Shown: positions 1 through 10,354 of the stretch, in pieces | Position numbering within the stretch: position 1 is the first letter of the stretch | Layout of the letters: every line of letters starts with the position of its first letter | Source of the DNA: a virus | Taxonomy: Duplodnaviria > Heunggongvirae > Uroviricota > Caudoviricetes > Crassvirales | Direction: 5' to 3' (one strand) | Virus record (IMG/VR): IMGVR_UViG_3300027816_000067 | Span: 8,322-72,321 of that record | Length of the DNA stretch: 64,000 nt | Position numbers and translations under genes: made by a program | The notes under the pieces: generated by a model | What the model saw: the letters and a program-made list of their open reading frames with translations, nothing else | Database searches by the model: none | Told to the model about the DNA's origin: nothing

Positions 1-1353
1 AAGATTTACATCCCATACGTTATATGTTCCTGAACCAACAATAGTATCTACGTCTATAACTAATTGACCAGTAACAGGATCGTAGCTTCTAACATAACCT
101 TCCATTCTGTTATCTTCATCATTATCTCTAGCAGCAACTACACGTTGTCCAGTTGAATATGATAAATTTAACCCTATAACAAAGTTCTTAATACCTGTTC
201 CAATAGTTACAGAAGTTACAGAAGTTGTCGCCCATCTATCTCCATCACCACCATATTTCTTCCAAAGACCATTAAAATCTGCTTGAACTTGTGTTAATCC
301 TGCAACATCTACTAATATTGCAATATAGTCTTTATTCTGATTAAAAGTCTGTGTAAAACCATTACCATTTAAATCATCTGCCCAAGCTATATAAGGAGTA
401 TAAGATACTCCATCTAATCCATTGATTCCATCAGAGCCATCTGTTCCAGTAGGACCAATTATTGAAACACCAGCTGGCCATAAACCATTAGCTTTAGGAG
501 CATAAATAATCCAATTTGTGGTGTCTATATATGCATCACCATCATTACCTAGTAAGTTACTAGGACCGCCTGCTCCATAATGAAGTGTTCTTCCATCAGT
601 ACCATCAGCACCATCAGCACCATCATCACCAATATATTTAGTCCAAGTTGTAAAATTACCAACACCTGGAGTTGGTCCAAGATCAGTAGTACTAAATAAA
701 AATGATATATATTTTCTTGTAGGAGTAGGAGTAGCTGAAAAATCAGTTCCTATATTATCTGTAGCATATCTTACATACGGATATACAGATTGACCAGCAG
801 CACCATTAGTACCATTGGTACCATTTAATCCAAAATAATTAACCCATCTACCTGTAAATGTTGCAGGAATAATGGGTATGAGAGAAGTTGATGTAACAAA
901 AGCTACAAAAGGTAAACTAGGACTAGGAGTTAAAGATAAACCAGTACCACTAGTATCTGATGCAAAAGCTACGACAGTGTAAGCACTAATACCATTAATA
1001 CCTGGAGGTCCAGGAGAACCAGCACCTACTGTTATTTGAGATATATTTCTACTTGGAAGAAAAGGAGCAACAGGATAGTCATAAATTTGACTTATCTCTT
1101 TTAAACAAGATAATAACTTGTTCATTTCTAATACAGAAATGTTAATAATCCGGTAGACCTGATTATTAACTACTTCTGTATGGTTGGCAATTTCATCTAA
1201 GTAAAGATAAATTGCTATTGCTTTATTGTAAAGACTTTTTTGCTTTGCAGTATCGTCTAAACCTAGTTTAGCGTTAGTAGCTATTTCATAAGCTAAATCG
1301 CCTAATTTTAAATAGCTTTGATATATAATACTGTTTATATTTCTATCTAACAT
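1..1353 (-). CDS. Tail fibre-like protein, partial (C-terminal part in window; ORF continues beyond window start)
   Basis: Open minus-strand frame from ATG at 1353-1351 to the window edge, absent from the ORF track because no stop lies in the window. The translation contains collagen-like Gly-X-Y runs (GAGSPGPPGINGISAY, GDDGADGADGTDGR, GPTGTDGSDGINGLDGVSY) and a YIAWADDLNGNGF motif typical of phage fibre proteins. Confidence 0.6.
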   Translation of the reverse strand, partial: MLDRNINSIIYQSYLKLGDLAYEIATNAKLGLDDTAKQKSLYNKAIAIYLYLDEIANHTEVVNNQVYRIINISVLEMNKLLSCLKEISQIYDYPVAPFLPSRNISQITVGAGSPGPPGINGISAYTVVAFASDTSGTGLSLTPSPSLPFVAFVTSTSLIPIIPATFTGRWVNYFGLNGTNGTNGAAGQSVYPYVRYATDNIGTDFSATPTPTRKYISFLFSTTDLGPTPGVGNFTTWTKYIGDDGADGADGTDGRTLHYGAGGPSNLLGNDGDAYIDTTNWIIYAPKANGLWPAGVSIIGPTGTDGSDGINGLDGVSYTPYIAWADDLNGNGFTQTFNQNKDYIAILVDVAGLTQVQADFNGLWKKYGGDGDRWATTSVTSVTIGTGIKNFVIGLNLSYSTGQRVVAARDNDEDNRMEGYVRSYDPVTGQLVIDVDTIVGSGTYNVWDVNL

Positions 1354-2048
1354 GAACAGAGATCAGACAATGTTCTAATTATAGTTTCTGCTTTTTCAGG
1401 TTGAGCATCATCATTCTTTGCTCTAGCACCTGCTAACAAAACTGCTCGTTTCAGGTAAGGTAGATAATTCTTTAATTCGTTGCAATTAGGGTCTACACAA
1501 GCTACTTTATATAATTCATTCTTAGTACAAACTGTACTTCTACAATCATGAATAGTATCAAATGCACCTACTTCTAAATTAGTATTTGCTCGAAGTTCTA
1601 TATCTGTAAAGTTTGTAATTTCTACCCAATCTGTTTGCCATCCTACAGTAACACCAGGTTGAATATTTAAAGAAGGATCAATAGCTTTATAAAATTTACC
1701 AGTAGTAGGGTTATAAACTACACTGGCGTAAGTTGTAATAATATTATTACCGTCACGTACTTCTTTCACATAACTAGTAGTACCACTCCATAATTGAAAA
1801 CGTAAAAATTCAATACGATAGTGTCCATCTACTGAATTAGTTACAGAATATTCTGTTTTTGTTAAATAAGGTGTACTATCTAATGTTAAAAACTCTTCAA
1901 CACCTTTTTCTGTTACATGAGCAACAATAAGTACTTCTGCTGCTTGATTTCTATCTTGATTAGGGGCACCGTAAACTGTCGTATTTCTAATAGTAAAAAC
2001 ATTACAATCGTTAGTTTTTACTAATTCATGCTTCCATACTAAAGGCAT
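1347..2048 (-). CDS. Hypothetical structural (tail-associated?) protein
   Basis: 233-aa ORF tiled directly downstream of the fibre gene, with a 4-nt overlap; Cys-containing C-terminus. Confidence 0.5.
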   Translation of the reverse strand: MPLVWKHELVKTNDCNVFTIRNTTVYGAPNQDRNQAAEVLIVAHVTEKGVEEFLTLDSTPYLTKTEYSVTNSVDGHYRIEFLRFQLWSGTTSYVKEVRDGNNIITTYASVVYNPTTGKFYKAIDPSLNIQPGVTVGWQTDWVEITNFTDIELRANTNLEVGAFDTIHDCRSTVCTKNELYKVACVDPNCNELKNYLPYLKRAVLLAGARAKNDDAQPEKAETIIRTLSDLCSC

Positions 2049-2121
2049 ATAGTTATTGTTTAATTAAGTCAAAAATAAGGGGGGTACACGACCCCCCTAT
2101 TAACCACTAAAACTCCCACTA

Positions 2122-3429
2122 CTATGCAGAAATAGAAGGGAATAACGAACCAAATAAAGCAGAGGTCTGCATTATGTCTTCAAAATCAGATTGATTTTTG
2201 TTTGCAGTATCTGCAATACCTTCCGGGAAAGCAACGATTAATACACTCTTTAAATCAAATACTGATCCTTGATCTCCACCTGCTTGATTTGCATTTTTTA
2301 CTTCAAGGAAGTATAAATCATAACCCACAGGAGCACCTACCTGAGAATATACAGTATCCAAAGGCATATAGCGAGTAATTTGATCTTCACTACCTTTTTT
2401 ACCAAGAGCTTCTTTTTCAAGATCAACTACTTGTGCTTTACTTCCACCAGAACCTACAGTTGCAGGAATTTGATACGTAATAGTAGTATTACGTCCAAGA
2501 GTATCTTGAACTGCTAGTTTTACGTTTAATAAATCACGACCGTCCAGAAAAGCAAGACCCCACTGAGTAGGAGCACCAGTAATATCTAATGTGTTAGCAT
2601 TAGCAATAGTTCCAGTTGGTCCTTGAAAAGGACGATCTAAAACTAAAGTAGTACCAGTAGTACCAGCTACAGATACATATAAATCACCGTCTAAACTTAC
2701 TAAATCACCAGCAGTTACACCGTGAGCAGCAGAAGTTGTAAGCGAAGTTGCACCATGAACAGCAGAAACAGTAGCAGACATTGCAAATGCTGCACCTGTA
2801 CCATTATGGCGAATTTTAATACTATTCTTAGCAATAAAAATATCATCGGTACGTAAGTTAACAGCTGCAACCCAACGACTTAGCAAAGAATAGGCACTTT
2901 CATTAACAGTTCTAGCCTGAATAGAAAGCTGTGTTTTTTGATAAGGTTGACGTTGACCTGTAACACGGTCTGCCTGATTAATTAAGTTAATGGTAAAGTT
3001 ATCACCGCGAGCAATACTTGCAGGTAAATTTAAAGAACTACCAGCAGTACCGTTAAAACCTACTCGATATTCACCACGTACAGGGGCAATATATTTAGCA
3101 CCAGCAGCTCTTTTAATACCACCTACACCAACTGCACCAATTTGAACTGGAGCAGATACTTCAGAAGGTCCACTAAGTTTACCGATAGCAATAAATACTT
3201 CCCGTCCTACAAATGATGCAGCAGGTACAGCACCAGCAACTTCAGAGCCACCATCTGTAATAAGCACAAGCTTATTTAAGTTAGTAGAGCCAGCTTCGTG
3301 AATACCATATATACCAATAGAAGCAGCGGCTAAATCTGCGGGATTAAGTGCTGTATTCTGTGTTGCACTCGACTTTGAGGCAGCATAGTTTACGTCTAAA
3401 TTCGATACTAAAACTTTTCTTGCGTGCAT
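2122..3429 (-). CDS. Hypothetical virion protein (Gly/Ala/Thr/Ser-rich)
   Basis: 435-aa ORF in the structural block; composition resembles beta-rich structural proteins. Confidence 0.5.
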   Translation of the reverse strand: MHARKVLVSNLDVNYAASKSSATQNTALNPADLAAASIGIYGIHEAGSTNLNKLVLITDGGSEVAGAVPAASFVGREVFIAIGKLSGPSEVSAPVQIGAVGVGGIKRAAGAKYIAPVRGEYRVGFNGTAGSSLNLPASIARGDNFTINLINQADRVTGQRQPYQKTQLSIQARTVNESAYSLLSRWVAAVNLRTDDIFIAKNSIKIRHNGTGAAFAMSATVSAVHGATSLTTSAAHGVTAGDLVSLDGDLYVSVAGTTGTTLVLDRPFQGPTGTIANANTLDITGAPTQWGLAFLDGRDLLNVKLAVQDTLGRNTTITYQIPATVGSGGSKAQVVDLEKEALGKKGSEDQITRYMPLDTVYSQVGAPVGYDLYFLEVKNANQAGGDQGSVFDLKSVLIVAFPEGIADTANKNQSDFEDIMQTSALFGSLFPSISA

Positions 3430-3440
3430 TGTTTATTTAT

Positions 3441-4172
3441 TTAATTTTCCAAATTTACTATTTTTTGTTGTGGAGTTTCTATAATCTTTGCTATCTTAAT
3501 TGCAGTCATTTTAACTATAGTGTAATGTACTGAATCAGGTAAATCACAGTTAAAAGAACCAGTAGGAGTAAATGCTCCATTTATATCTTTATTATATAAA
3601 ACTTTTACAGGTCTTTTTATATAATCTAGACTTGCTCCAGTAACTGTAAATCCGTTTTCATATATATAAACACTATCACCTACTATTTCTCCTAACGGAG
3701 ACTCTTTCATAGATTTATAAAAAGAACTTCTTTTCATTGTATCTATATCTTGAGTATTGCCAATTCTTAAAGCTGGTTTTGGTGTAACAGTTTTTGTTAC
3801 ATTTTGTCCATTTTCAATACATTGATAAGTTACAGTAAGTTTTGTTTTTATATGATGTAAATAAGTTGCAGGAAGATCAAATTTTTGACCTTCTCCACTA
3901 ACAACGGTTAAAGGTCTATTTTCTTCTCTTACATGAATAGTTCTTAAACTGTCAAGACTAACTTGATCTGCTTGAAAACCTTCAGCAACACCAACTTTTG
4001 GTTTTTGTCCTTTATAAACAGCAACAACGGCTTCAATAAATTCGTAAATTTGGTTATTAATCTGCAAATCTATTTCCTCTGATTCAAGATCATCATAGGC
4101 AAAGAAGCCCATTTTCTGGACTTCTTGCTCTATAAGCCTATGCATATCTTGAATTGTCAGTAAATTAGCCAT
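3441..4172 (-). CDS. Hypothetical structural protein
   Basis: 243-aa ORF tightly packed in the structural operon. Confidence 0.5.
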   Translation of the reverse strand: MANLLTIQDMHRLIEQEVQKMGFFAYDDLESEEIDLQINNQIYEFIEAVVAVYKGQKPKVGVAEGFQADQVSLDSLRTIHVREENRPLTVVSGEGQKFDLPATYLHHIKTKLTVTYQCIENGQNVTKTVTPKPALRIGNTQDIDTMKRSSFYKSMKESPLGEIVGDSVYIYENGFTVTGASLDYIKRPVKVLYNKDINGAFTPTGSFNCDLPDSVHYTIVKMTAIKIAKIIETPQQKIVNLEN

Positions 4173-5217
4173 TACCTCTTATTGCTTTTAATCGTTCAAT
4201 AACTAAAAACTTATCTTTTTGATTAGCTGGATTAGTTAAATAGCCTATTGCTTGTTGTAAAGTACTACCTATAACTTTATTATCCAAGAAATAACTATTA
4301 CCATCTTGAATTAGTTGTCCATAAGACACTGCCTTACGAATAAGTGCTTTAGTTTCTAAATGAACATCTTCTACAATTTCAATAAATCGAGAAGGACTTA
4401 AATCTTTTGTAGCTTCTAACTCCATTTGTTTTTGAGTAGAAGTTAAACCTTCAATATTAATTCCTTTTCCTTCTTTACCACCAACTGTTTCAAGAATCCA
4501 ATCTATTTTATTTTGATCTTTACTATCTTTTGAATCAATAAGTCTATTAAACAACTTATTTGCTCTAGAACGAATAGTAAATGCTTGTTCTTTTTTCTCA
4601 GCTTCAATACCTTCATCTATCATTTGAAATGTATAGATAAACATATTATCTAGCTGTTCTGGTGAACTTGCAACATCTTTATGTTGTAAAGCATGATTAT
4701 ATTTTAAATAATCATCAATATTAATTGGTTTTGTATTAGTTAGCTTGCCTTTAAATTCAAAAGGTTCAACTTCTTTAAAACCAATTTCTAAAATAATTCC
4801 TGTCTCATCGTTAGGTATTTCAATATTAAAGTTAGCCCAAAATTCTCTAGACTTACCATTCCATTGTTCGCTATCTACTCGAATACCCATTAGATCAGGT
4901 AGATAATAAGATTCTTCTACACCTTCAATAGCACGAAGAATATCGCGAGTTCCTCTTTTCCATGTTGAACCAATTTTCTTGGTAACTTCATCACGGATAA
5001 ATTTAGCAGCAGGTTCAGAAGGTAAAATAGAAAACTTAGGAACAAGTTTAATATTTACTTTTCTACTTCCTACTTTAACTGGTTTACCAAAATGAAAATA
5101 TTCTTTTTCTTTTTCATTTGGTTCATCCATAATAATATCAGCAGCTGTAGGAGCAGCAAGAATTGCTCCTTGCTGTCCTCCGGCTACCTTTTCTACTTTC
5201 TGCAATTCATTAGACAT
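4165..5217 (-). CDS. Hypothetical structural protein
   Basis: 350-aa ORF whose end overlaps the start of the downstream gene (translational coupling). Confidence 0.5.
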   Translation of the reverse strand: MSNELQKVEKVAGGQQGAILAAPTAADIIMDEPNEKEKEYFHFGKPVKVGSRKVNIKLVPKFSILPSEPAAKFIRDEVTKKIGSTWKRGTRDILRAIEGVEESYYLPDLMGIRVDSEQWNGKSREFWANFNIEIPNDETGIILEIGFKEVEPFEFKGKLTNTKPINIDDYLKYNHALQHKDVASSPEQLDNMFIYTFQMIDEGIEAEKKEQAFTIRSRANKLFNRLIDSKDSKDQNKIDWILETVGGKEGKGINIEGLTSTQKQMELEATKDLSPSRFIEIVEDVHLETKALIRKAVSYGQLIQDGNSYFLDNKVIGSTLQQAIGYLTNPANQKDKFLVIERLKAIRGNG

Positions 5218-5246
5218 ATATATAGTGGTTTTATTAGTTTAAAAAA

Positions 5247-6704
5247 TTAACTAATTCCGTTAAATAATTTAAAGCAGTTAGTCGGCTTCATAACTTGAAC
5301 ACCTTGTGTTTTCATCCATTCAACGCTAGTAGCATCAATATCAGATGAAGCAAACAAAGTTTCATTATAACCATCTGGCGGTGCTGCCATACCAGGTACA
5401 ACACGATTTACTTCTTCACGTCCAGCTTCAGATACATACTGAATATTACGCTGACCTTCATAAGTTGAATTATCAATGCAATACATATTATATGATTCCA
5501 AAGGAAGACCTGTAATCGGATGCGGGTCAGAAACATCTGCCATTACACCACGATCCATTAAAGGGAGCTTTTTAAATGTTACCTTATGTCCATCAATATG
5601 ACGATATTGATTAAAATAAGCGCCAAACATCATTGAATTACCTTCGCCTGTCACTTGCTTAGTATCTACTAAAGTAAATGCAGCAGAAGCAAGTTTCATA
5701 GCACTATCTGCTTCTTCCATACCACCTGTTCCAGAGTAAATATCTACATCTACTACATCTGAATCAGAAGCATTAAAGAAAATATCACGAATAAGATTTT
5801 GAATCTTACCAGTAGTTAAGAAAGAGTAGCTGTCTTGATTAGGAATTTGCTGAAGCATACCTGCACCTGAAGGAACTACTTCTCCTGAATCTTCGTCAAT
5901 AACGTGAGTAACACCATTAGTGTCTTTGTTATATTCAGAATACCACAGATCAGATTCACATTTTTCTTTAAACTCTAATTGACGTAAGTACATTTCCCAT
6001 TGAGTCCAGAACTTAAATCGCTTACCATCTGCCTTAATCTCTAACACCATTACTTTATTTTTTACATTACCAGCTAACTTGTAAGTATCACGAGTAAGAG
6101 CAATTTGGTTAGTAGTTACAAACGGAGTATGGCTACGAGATTCTACACCACGAGAACGCTCTTTACCAACTTTAGCTACAGTACGTGCCCACACTTTACC
6201 CGGCTGTAAATCAGCGACAGGAATAAAAGCATCAGCAGAAGGGTTCATTAAAACCAATTCATATTCCCATCCACCACTGACTTGACGAGGATCGCTTTGA
6301 ATACGACACTCTAAACGTGAAGGAGAGAATACAGACAATGATTTGTGGAACCAACGATCTGCAAAAATTATTTTAAATTTAGTATGTCCACGACCAGGAC
6401 GATCAGTAGCAGAATAAGTTGCTATAGCTACAGTTGAAGTTTTCTTAGGACGACCAATTACACCGATCTTATAAGATAAGTCAGTTGAGGAAATTTTATT
6501 AACATTACCCATACCTTCAGTTACGAAAGATAAAGGAAAGTTACGACTTCCATAGTTTGCGCTTGTACCATAAGCATGAGTAACAAAAGGAGCCAACCAC
6601 TCACTTTGAGTAAGCAATGCTTTGCTCAAGTGATTTGTTGAACTAAATTCCTTATCGTTAAACTGTGCAGGATAAAGCTCTAAAATAGGATTATAAGCTG
6701 CCAT
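5247..6704 (-). CDS. Putative major capsid protein
   Basis: 485-aa ORF immediately downstream of a scaffold-like gene, with putative portal and large terminase upstream: the canonical portal-scaffold-capsid order. Called from size and position only. Confidence 0.4.
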   Translation of the reverse strand: MAAYNPILELYPAQFNDKEFSSTNHLSKALLTQSEWLAPFVTHAYGTSANYGSRNFPLSFVTEGMGNVNKISSTDLSYKIGVIGRPKKTSTVAIATYSATDRPGRGHTKFKIIFADRWFHKSLSVFSPSRLECRIQSDPRQVSGGWEYELVLMNPSADAFIPVADLQPGKVWARTVAKVGKERSRGVESRSHTPFVTTNQIALTRDTYKLAGNVKNKVMVLEIKADGKRFKFWTQWEMYLRQLEFKEKCESDLWYSEYNKDTNGVTHVIDEDSGEVVPSGAGMLQQIPNQDSYSFLTTGKIQNLIRDIFFNASDSDVVDVDIYSGTGGMEEADSAMKLASAAFTLVDTKQVTGEGNSMMFGAYFNQYRHIDGHKVTFKKLPLMDRGVMADVSDPHPITGLPLESYNMYCIDNSTYEGQRNIQYVSEAGREEVNRVVPGMAAPPDGYNETLFASSDIDATSVEWMKTQGVQVMKPTNCFKLFNGIS

Positions 6705-6713
6705 TGTTTATTT

Positions 6714-7922
6714 TTATTTAGTTACTAATTTACTGAAATCAAATTTACTAACATCAAAGTCTGGTTGTGAGTTTCTTGACCCTCCACTTGTTCCTGAAAC
6801 TTTAGAACCACCTCTGTTATTATTTTCTTTATTAGCCCAACTCCAGGTTTTTATAGGAGCCTTTGTTGCGCTACTAATATTTTTAAAGTCTTTAAAAACG
6901 ATATAATCTAAAAATAAACGTTGTGCTAAAGATAATTTATTACGTTTATACTCTACTAAACTATATCCTTTTTGATCTGTTTCAAATAAAGCTTTTTCAA
7001 AAGCTGGAATATCTGTTGCAGGAATACTTAATCCACCAAAGTCATTCTTTTTAACGATAGACTTAGCTTCATTAACAATTTTAGCAACTTCTTCTTGTTC
7101 TGCTGTAATTCTTGCTTCTTCTGCTTTTAATTGAGCATCAATAGCTTCCTTATGTTTTGCAGTTAGTTCTGTTTTTGCTTCTTTAGCTTTATTATATAAT
7201 TCTCCTTTAGCTTTATATAAATCTACAAATATTGCGGTATCTGCTTCTGAAATTCCTTTATTCTTGAAATTAAGTTCAATCAAAGATTTATACGCTGCAT
7301 TTTTCTTATCTTTTATTTCATCAGTATCAGTTTCAACAACTTCTTCTAATGCAATAGTTTCAAATACAGGTTTTGTGTTCTTAGCTAAAAATGATTCAAT
7401 ACTCTTTTGAGAAGCGATGTGCTTATAGAAATCTTCCATATAAGGAACCGTTTTTAGTGATTCCATAAACATCATTTCTGCAAGCTTAGGTACTAAATCA
7501 TTTGTTAACTTCTTTAAACCTTCAGGACTATTATCATACTTCTCTTCTAGTTTAATACCATAATTTTGTTCATATTCGGCTTTTAAACTAGTAATTTCAT
7601 CTAATTCAGGTGAAGTATATTTTTGAAGAAACTCCTTTTCTTCATCTGTAATATCTTTTTCTTCTTTTTTACTAAGTTCATCTAACTTAGCTTGTACTTC
7701 TTCTTCTGTAGGTTCTGCAGGTTCATTTTGACCTTCACTACCTTTTGAAGGAGCAGCCGCAGCCGTTGCTTCTTTAGCCTTACGGTCTGCAATTTCTTTT
7801 TCTGCAAGAGCCAGTTTTTCTGCTTCTGATAGATTACCATCATTAGACTTAACTGGTTCTGCATTTCCAGCACCAGGCATTTTTGCTACTAGTGCTGCTA
7901 AATCTCCTATTCCTTCTGCCAT
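6714..7922 (-). CDS. Scaffold-like acidic coiled-coil protein
   Basis: 402 aa, very rich in E/K/A with coiled-coil-type low complexity; sits between the putative portal and capsid genes. Confidence 0.4.
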   Translation of the reverse strand: MAEGIGDLAALVAKMPGAGNAEPVKSNDGNLSEAEKLALAEKEIADRKAKEATAAAAPSKGSEGQNEPAEPTEEEVQAKLDELSKKEEKDITDEEKEFLQKYTSPELDEITSLKAEYEQNYGIKLEEKYDNSPEGLKKLTNDLVPKLAEMMFMESLKTVPYMEDFYKHIASQKSIESFLAKNTKPVFETIALEEVVETDTDEIKDKKNAAYKSLIELNFKNKGISEADTAIFVDLYKAKGELYNKAKEAKTELTAKHKEAIDAQLKAEEARITAEQEEVAKIVNEAKSIVKKNDFGGLSIPATDIPAFEKALFETDQKGYSLVEYKRNKLSLAQRLFLDYIVFKDFKNISSATKAPIKTWSWANKENNNRGGSKVSGTSGGSRNSQPDFDVSKFDFSKLVTK

Positions 7923-8021
7923 TTGTGTTAAAATTAGTGGTTATATTTTATTATTTAAAATCCGAAAAGTCTATATATAATAGACTTTTCAATCATGGAG
8001 AAAATGCTATATCACTATATC

Positions 8022-10352
8022 TTATTCCCCTGATGTTTTATTCTTTAGTTTTGTTTCATTATCTAGTTTATTCATACGTTCTTTTGAAGCAATTTCTCTT
8101 AACTTAGTTGCGTTCTTCATCATTTCAATCGCATTTTTTTCTAACTCTATTTTTGTCATATCAATTTTTTCTTTATCAGCATTTGGATCAGCTTCTAAAG
8201 AAGAAAGATTCTCCGCGATTTTCATTCCTTGTTGAATAAGAGCAACTTGAGTATCTGTAAGTGCCTTTAAATCTGCATCATAATATTGAAAATCTAATTG
8301 ATCTTGTTTTGTCTTAGCTTCCATATCAGTCATATACTTCTGTAACTGATCTTGTCTTGCTTGACGTTGTTCTAACTTTACATCCATCTCATCCATTATT
8401 TCATGAATAGCTGCAAAATTATTACTGTCAATTAATTTAGCAATAGATTTAGCATCACCACCATTCTGTACTAGTGGATGTATTTGTTCTTTCATTAAAT
8501 TAAGTTTCTCTAATTCTTCTCCTCCGTTACGTACAAATACTCCAAAATCTGTATTTACGTAAGTAGAAGGATTAAGTAAATCTAAAATTGCTTTAGCGCC
8601 ATCTGGACGCATATACTGTGCATAAATACCATCACTAAAAGCAAATTTAGATAGTTCAATTAATCCGGTATATGCTCTCTGTTCCAGTTCTTCAAATTGT
8701 AAGAACAGTTCTTCACTAACTACATAACCTGTTTGTAGAGCAAATTGACTTGTGGCTTTTCCGTCACTAGCCATAAAGTTTCCCTTACGTTGACGATTAA
8801 TACCACATAACTCATCGTACTCTGCTTTAATTGCTGCAACTAGCTCAAAAGAACGAGTAATATGCTCACTCATACTAAGGTCGAGTTCCTTTAAAGCTTG
8901 AACCATTGCAGAAGCGTTTGATCTTGTATCATCAAAAAACAAGAAACTAAATGCTCTTACATAATACATTAACTTATCTTCATCCCATCCTTCTTTTTTA
9001 GGAATTAAACCAAGAGGAAAAAGAATAATCTTATCAAGAGACTTTAACAAACTTTCTTCTGCACGATATTTTACAATATTAACAGATTTTTGAAACGCAT
9101 CTCCTTTAGTTACTATTGATCTAGGACGTGTGTGACGTGAAAAGAAATTACGTCCATTGTATAATAACTTAGCTTTACCAGGATTATTATATTCTCCGCG
9201 TTGAATTGGAATAGGACGTCCTCCTATATAATAATTATCTCCAATACAATATACTTCACAAATTTCATCTACCCAACGCCACTCGATTTCAAACTCTCCT
9301 CTATCTTTAAATGTTTCATCTACGTAAATATAATCAACATTACCAAAAATATCAGTAGTTGTAATTTTACCTACTTTAATAGAACTACGCCATAAGATAT
9401 GATCTACTTCTATACCATCACTATATTGTTCTTCCGGAAGAGTACCAAATACATTTCTGTATAATTGAGACTGTTGTGCAAAGACATCACTAGAAGCATA
9501 ATAATAACTATCACTTCTTCCAACGTTTTGTCCTCCAGATTGACGTTCTAGAAAATCTTGTAGTTCTTGTTTATTAAAACCTTCTACTCCTTGAAAGCGA
9601 TCATAAATTTCGCTTACACTTAATTTATGAGTACATTTAACTGATTCACCGTCTTCAATAAAGTCATGATGAGGACTGCATAAATAATTAATATTAACTG
9701 GACTTACAATTTCAAAATGTGTCCTATTATTAATAACGTCATTATAATAATAGGTCATTGCATTTACAATAAAATCATAAAATCCTTTTCTAAAATGTCT
9801 AAACAAATCATTATAGTCCATTATAAACTCTAACGCTGCTTGACCTTGTTTAGTTACTTCATCAGGAAGGTTCTTTACTTTTCTAGCAATTTCATCAAAT
9901 TTATATACAATTTCTTCTTCTTCCAATGGAACACCCATTGCAACAGAATTATTTACAAACATCTGTTGAAGATGTTCAGTCATTAGTTGTTTATAATATC
10001 TTGCTTGATCGCTAGTGTAATTATGATTTCTAGCATAAACAATAGGTGTAAATCTACGTTTAGATTTTTCACCCATTAATGTGTTGACATTAGGACTTAT
10101 AATATCATAATTACGCATTTTAGCTGGATAGCCTTGTAATTCCCAGCGTTTAGAGTTAATAGGATTAGTTACATATAAATAATCCTTTTCGTCTAATTCT
10201 CCATTAGCTAATCTGTAATTCTTTAATGCTTCTGCTTCATCTATTGCAGGTTGACAAGCATCACGATAATACTTACCATTTTCTTCATACCAATCAGCTG
10301 TTTTTTCTGATTTAGGTACACGTTGTTTTGGTCTACTATGAACTCTAATCAT
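8022..10352 (-). CDS. Putative portal protein
   Basis: 776-aa ORF directly downstream of the large terminase, with a charged coiled-coil C-terminal tail. Called from position and size. Confidence 0.45.
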   Translation of the reverse strand: MIRVHSRPKQRVPKSEKTADWYEENGKYYRDACQPAIDEAEALKNYRLANGELDEKDYLYVTNPINSKRWELQGYPAKMRNYDIISPNVNTLMGEKSKRRFTPIVYARNHNYTSDQARYYKQLMTEHLQQMFVNNSVAMGVPLEEEEIVYKFDEIARKVKNLPDEVTKQGQAALEFIMDYNDLFRHFRKGFYDFIVNAMTYYYNDVINNRTHFEIVSPVNINYLCSPHHDFIEDGESVKCTHKLSVSEIYDRFQGVEGFNKQELQDFLERQSGGQNVGRSDSYYYASSDVFAQQSQLYRNVFGTLPEEQYSDGIEVDHILWRSSIKVGKITTTDIFGNVDYIYVDETFKDRGEFEIEWRWVDEICEVYCIGDNYYIGGRPIPIQRGEYNNPGKAKLLYNGRNFFSRHTRPRSIVTKGDAFQKSVNIVKYRAEESLLKSLDKIILFPLGLIPKKEGWDEDKLMYYVRAFSFLFFDDTRSNASAMVQALKELDLSMSEHITRSFELVAAIKAEYDELCGINRQRKGNFMASDGKATSQFALQTGYVVSEELFLQFEELEQRAYTGLIELSKFAFSDGIYAQYMRPDGAKAILDLLNPSTYVNTDFGVFVRNGGEELEKLNLMKEQIHPLVQNGGDAKSIAKLIDSNNFAAIHEIMDEMDVKLEQRQARQDQLQKYMTDMEAKTKQDQLDFQYYDADLKALTDTQVALIQQGMKIAENLSSLEADPNADKEKIDMTKIELEKNAIEMMKNATKLREIASKERMNKLDNETKLKNKTSGE

Positions 10353-10354
10353 AA

